In this document: piece after piece, positions 36,279-40,706 of the stretch
Position numbering within the stretch: the first letter of the stretch is position 1
How the letters are laid out: the number at the start of each line of letters is the position of its first letter
Assembly (NCBI GenBank): GCA_002687795.1
Contig: NZBG01000032.1
Span: forward strand, 1 to 40,706
Reading direction: 5' to 3'
Source of the DNA: Candidatus Woesearchaeota archaeon
GTDB taxonomy: Archaea; Nanobdellota; Nanobdellia; Woesearchaeales; GCA-2687795
Length of the DNA stretch: 40,706 bases
Program-made: the position numbers and the translations under genes
Notes under the pieces: model-generated
Databases searched by the model: none
What the model was told of the DNA's origin: nothing
Seen by the model: the letters and a program-made list of their open reading frames with translations, nothing else

Positions 36279-37229
36279 ATTTCTTACAAGAAACCTTACT
36301 ACCAAAAAGACAGCCATGGAAAATAAGGCAAGAGCCGGTATAAATTTAATGCCCTGTTTCTCTTTCCCTTTTGATATCAGGCCGATAACCAGAGAGCCCA
36401 ACACTGATGTGGTTAAGAGCACTGTTACGGAAAACTTGATAATGAAATCTATTGAAATCTTTATCTCTGAGAAACTAATAGGCATGGCAGCTGCAGCTCC
36501 TGCCCCCTGAGGAAGACTCAGCATACCCATGTTCTTTGTTAAAACCTCAACCAGGAATGTAGAAAGGCCAAATAACATAGGAGCGCCAAAACCTACAGCA
36601 ACAAAAATAAATATTACATACATCATAACATTAGCTCTTATCTTGTCATCAATAAGCCTTTGCTGCCTTAAGTTCTTAGCGGTCTGCTCCAATAAGGCTG
36701 CCAGCTGGCCGCCTGACCTTAACCCGGAGTTAATCAAAAGAACAGTTTTTTCAAGCTTCTCAGACTTAAGTCTGGAGCACATGCCCAGCAAAGCCTCATC
36801 AATATCCTTGCCCATTGTTATTTCCTTGCCAACAAGGTTGATTTCTTCCTGGAAAGGGCCAAACTCCGGCCTTGCTGATAACAATAAAGCCTTATCAGTG
36901 GTTAGGCCTGCCTTTAGGTTAGAGGCCATTAACTGCAATGCATCAGGCAGGATGTCCTCAACAAATTTTGCTTTTGCATCTATTCCCAGCACAAGGAAGA
37001 TGTAAACAAGGAATTCAATCAGCAGAAATGAAATTATAAAGGTTAGAACCAATGGCAATCAGATTATGTTAGAAATAAACAGTGATACAGCCAAAGATAA
37101 CCCAAGCCAAAAGAATAATACAAACCCCATAAACTTGGATGGATTTATCTTAACATTTGAATATGTAAGGAGCTTTCTATAGCTTTCTTTTATCTTCTTT
37201 GGGTAAAGTAATGCTAGGCCTCTATACAT
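36252..37229 (-). pseudogene. TadC-like T2SS F-family protein with in-frame TGA at 37059-37061
   Basis: ATG 37229 abuts the upstream gene and is in frame for 56 codons, then TGA, then 'LPDALQLMASNLKAG...ARPEFG'. Confidence 0.75.
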
Positions 37230-37230
37230 T

Positions 37231-38118
37231 TTAACTCAGCAAATTCGGTCTTTTTGATTTTATCATACCTAAAAACATAATCTGGAAAAAAACCACAAAC
37301 CCATATAATCCCCAAAAGGCAAATTTTGTGGCTGACTCTGATAATGCAATAAAAGAGCTTATTATAATAAGGAATGTTATGCCAAGAGCAGGGATAATCA
37401 CCACAACCAGCATATAAAACATCGCCAGGGGATTTAGCTGCGAACCATACTTTTGGATTTGCAATACCTGCTGCTCTGATAAGGAAGAAATTATTTCAGT
37501 TAATACAGAAGACATCTCTGAGCCGGCTTTTAATCCGTTAACCAGTTGCCAGAGAGCCCTCCTGAAGAACAAGGAAGGGTTGACAGCCGCAACCTCCTCA
37601 AGAACTTCTATCTGCGACTTGCCTGCGTTAATTTCCTTTACTGCCCTGGTAAATTCAGCTGATATTTCACCATAATTTTCCTTTGATATATTAACCAGGA
37701 TATCAAAAAAGGCAACGCCTGAATTAAACTGTATCAGGATATTCTGCAGCGCGGGCAGCAGGTTTCTTTCAATGCTTTTTACTCTTTTTCTGGCAAGCAG
37801 CCTTGGGTACATTATCTGCTGCATAAACCCAAAAAACGAGAATATCAGGGAAACAGTAATGGAAAAGAGCAAAAACTTTTCAACATCAGCCAAATATAAA
37901 AGCAGATTAGAAAAGACAGCAATAAAGATAAAGGTTATCAAAGAAGATAGGAAACAGATGGTTATATATTCCCTTGGCTTTTCCTCTATTTTTGCCTGTT
38001 TGAGGCCTATCTCTATAAACGGAAAGAACATAGTAAGATAATCACCTAACCCTAAAAATAGGTGAGACCATTTTCTTAATACCTTCACTGGAAAGATTGA
38101 AAAAGGGAGTTTAAACAT
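37231..38118 (-). CDS. TadB/TadC-like T2SS F-family pilus membrane protein
   Basis: 'IERNL..AL......NSG', 'YGEIS.EF', 'Y..QLNPLAMFYM'; operon with ATPase. Confidence 0.85.
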   Translation of the reverse strand: MFKLPFSIFPVKVLRKWSHLFLGLGDYLTMFFPFIEIGLKQAKIEEKPREYITICFLSSLITFIFIAVFSNLLLYLADVEKFLLFSITVSLIFSFFGFMQQIMYPRLLARKRVKSIERNLLPALQNILIQFNSGVAFFDILVNISKENYGEISAEFTRAVKEINAGKSQIEVLEEVAAVNPSLFFRRALWQLVNGLKAGSEMSSVLTEIISSLSEQQVLQIQKYGSQLNPLAMFYMLVVVIIPALGITFLIIISSFIALSESATKFAFWGLYGFVVFFQIMFLGMIKSKRPNLLS

Positions 38119-38132
38119 TTTAAAAATCTCTG

Positions 38133-39635
38133 TTAAATAACTTTTCCTGGCTTTATATTCTTATTGACAGAGCTTATCAATGATTCCCTGTCCAGAGAAT
38201 AATCGCTGATGATCTTCCCAACAGCATTTATATCTCTTATTTTGTTCTTAACCATATAGTTTAATATATTAGTTTTAGTCTTTAGGTCATTATTAATCTC
38301 TGACTGGCTCATCCCTGTATGCCTGCTCAATTCTTCAAACAGCCTTACTGATTTGCCATGGAAAATTATCTTGTCTGTTGAGGGTTTCCATCTATACAAT
38401 AGGTTTGGCTTAACAGTTGATTTTCCAGATCCCTCTGTTGTGACAAATTCTCCTATTTGATATATCCTTCTGATACTTCTTCTCCTATCCCTGAACATCA
38501 CAACATTGAGGTTCACTGCTTTAAGCAGGTTGGAGGGCACTTCTATTGGCGGATTGACCAGTCTTTGTATTGTCTCATTGATAGAATCTGCATGAACAGT
38601 GGCATACACGCTATGGCCAGTATGCATTGCCTCAAACAAAACTTCTGCCTGCTCCTTTCTTCTCATTTCTCCTAATATTATTCTGTCAGGCCTCATCCTC
38701 AACGAATTAATCAATAAGTCAAGCTCTGTAACAGCTCCCTTGCCTTCATGGTTGGGCTGCCTTGTGACGAGAGGGCACCAATAAAGGAACTTGGGCAGCT
38801 GAAGCTCTCTTGTGTCTTCAATCGAGATTATCCTATGATTAGGGGGGATAAAGGGTATGACAACATTCAAGAAACTGGTTTTTCCGCTGCCTGTGCCCCC
38901 GCTTATTAATATGTTCATTTCATACTGTATCGCAAGCCATACCAAGGCGAATATCTCAGGGTTGGATGTTTTATTTGTTATCAGGTCTGTAACAGTCCAT
39001 GGGTCACGGGCAAATTTTCTTATTGTGATTGTATTTCCCCTATTGGAAATAGGGTAAAGCACAGCATTCGCCCTGTCCCCTGTTACAAGATGGGCATCAA
39101 GCAAAGGGTTCAGGGTTGTTACCTGTTTTCCAACCCTTCTGGCAATCGTGTTGGCATAGTTCTGTATCTGCACTTCGCTGTCAATAGATACATTTGTTTC
39201 AAGCCAGCCATATTTCTTATGGTAAACTCTTATTGGCTCAGATGCTGAGTTAACTATGATTTCTTCCAGAAAGTCATCATTCAGCAGGAACTCTATATTC
39301 CCAAGCCCAACCATCTCATGCAATAGCAATCCAACCAAGAGATTTTTTGTTTTGTCATCTATTTTAGGCAGTTTTTCTTTTAGGAATTGTTCTGCCTTGA
39401 CTCTAAATTTTTCTTTTAAGGAGGCGATTACTTTTGGATCCAGGATCTCTGCTGTGCTTACAGTAACCTCTGTAACAAGCTTATGCCTGATATCATCCAA
39501 TAACGAAACAGTGGGTTTAGATAGTTTAGGAATAACTATATTATATTGCAGAGGTTTCCCTTCTTCTTTTACTATCTCAACATCAATCTATATCTCGTCT
39601 ACCTTGATCCTATACTTTTCTTTTATTTCTTTCAT
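38133..39635 (-). pseudogene. CpaF/TadA-family pilus ATPase with in-frame TAG at codon 16 (39588-39590)
   Basis: GGTGSGKTS, SIEDTREL, LRMRPDRIILGE, TGH...TVHA; ATG 39635 with SD GAGG, in frame with TTG 39500. Confidence 0.8.
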
Positions 39636-40706
39636 TTGCCTCTTTTTCCACTTTTAACTCTGGCTCTCCAAAGGGTGGGTAATGTAGCTTTAACATGCTA
39701 TGACCCTCTAAGATCATACACCATTCCTCAGCCAGCTTTTTATCAATCCCAAAATACTTTTCTATTTCTGACAGCTTAATACTTCCCCTTCTTTTAACTA
39801 ACTTGTACAATACATCAAAGTCTGTTTCATATTTCTCCCTTTTAATTTCCATTCCCTTGATTTCTATTAATCTTTCCTTTTTTGTTTCTTCTTTTTTGGG
39901 CATTTTCCTTTTATTTAACCTATATCCCAACAAAGACAATAACATCAGAGAAATCCCCAGGATAAAGGTAATCAAATGGCGGTAAACAAATGTAAAAACA
40001 ACAATGAGCATGGAAATAAAAAACATGGTATAGTATACTTCCGGCTTGTTTATCTTTTTTGGCTTTGCAGCCTTTTCCTGTTTCTCCTTATGCAGCTTTG
40101 CTGCTTTTTCCTGTTTCTCACTGCGTATCCATAAACAAATCTCCTTCAGCTTAGAATACAGATTTCTTTTCTCTTTAAACTCAAGGGGCTTGCTGATTAA
40201 TTTGCCATAAAGCCACCTTAGCTTAAGATAGGAATCTGTAACCTTACTAATGTTCTTTTCTGCTATAAATTTATTGGCTTTATTTATCAATGTCCTGAGC
40301 TCTGATACATCCTTTTCTAATCTCTTTTTTAGCTTAAGCTCTCTCCTTTTCTCTCTTTCTCCCTCCTTTTTCCTTGCCAGAATCAAGACAGTCGATATTG
40401 ATATCAAAACCGCGCCTATGATAGAATAAACCAATTTATGATAAACTAATGCAACACAAAAAACAACTAAAGAGATAAAAAATGCAATAATGTATACAAT
40501 TAATCCGTCTTTCCTTTTGGGTTTCTCGAGCTTCTCTTGTTTTTCCGGAGCCTTTACAAGCTTTTTATTCTTTATTGTCTTCTTATTATATAACGAAGCA
40601 CGATAAAAAAATGAACCTCCCCGCACTAAAGTGCGGGGTATCATATTAAGCAAAGGAAGTAACTTTCCTTTGTTGTCCGCCAAAATTCCAATATCCCTGG
40701 GATTCA
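39610..40706 (-). CDS. Membrane protein with two repeated TM-hairpin modules and C-terminal winged-helix-like domain; start uncertain
   Basis: Frame open to window end; 'ETDFD.LY.LV...G.IKLSEI...F......EEW..IL......L.YP' C-terminus; overlaps the ATPase start. Confidence 0.65.
   Translation of the reverse strand, partial: NPRDIGILADNKGKLLPLLNMIPRTLVRGGSFFYRASLYNKKTIKNKKLVKAPEKQEKLEKPKRKDGLIVYIIAFFISLVVFCVALVYHKLVYSIIGAVLISISTVLILARKKEGEREKRRELKLKKRLEKDVSELRTLINKANKFIAEKNISKVTDSYLKLRWLYGKLISKPLEFKEKRNLYSKLKEICLWIRSEKQEKAAKLHKEKQEKAAKPKKINKPEVYYTMFFISMLIVVFTFVYRHLITFILGISLMLLSLLGYRLNKRKMPKKEETKKERLIEIKGMEIKREKYETDFDVLYKLVKRRGSIKLSEIEKYFGIDKKLAEEWCMILEGHSMLKLHYPPFGEPELKVEKEANERNKRKV
40611..40644. 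repeat. IS200/IS605-end-like hairpin
   Basis: CCCCGCAC-TAAA-GTGCGGGG (40619-40638) flanked by ATGA/TCAT. Confidence 0.75.

Noticed and set aside
37059-39590. Genome-wide stop-codon reassignment (TGA=Gly/Trp/Sec or TAG=Pyl/Gln) to explain the in-frame stops
   Set aside because: TGA ends well-defined genes (endA, fen, trm5) and TAG ends others (lsrF, tctA-like, HD protein); aRF1 has normal NIKS/YxCD motifs; each in-frame stop occurs only once.

Overview
Gene-dense, AT-rich archaeal chromosomal window, most consistent with a DPANN (Woesearchaeota-like) genome. It carries archaeal information-processing genes: EF-2, L7Ae-S28e-L24e-ndk, aEF-1beta, aRF1, PheT, FEN1, EndA, Trm5, a THUMP methyltransferase and an RqcH-like N-half. 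There are two tRNAs (Gly-GCC with two introns; Cys-GCA), two type IV pilus-type ATPase/TadC loci, an lsrF + Zn-dehydrogenase operon near mtnA, a small low-GC island and many short palindromes. Most notable observations: (1) MtnA + polyol dehydrogenase + LsrF fit chemically into an oxidative, thiolytic 5'-deoxyadenosine salvage route to DHAP + acetyl-CoA; (2) an unannotated 77-nt double kink-turn, C/D-like RNA with its own promoter; (3) a spacing-conserved three-unit array between convergent genes at 441-705; (4) four of the five core pilus genes carry 5' lesions (A10 frameshift, TAG, TGA, ATT start); (5) a 245-bp, mostly synonymously diverged copy of a neighbouring gene junction at the island edge. 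All calls come from reading motifs by eye; no searches were run.
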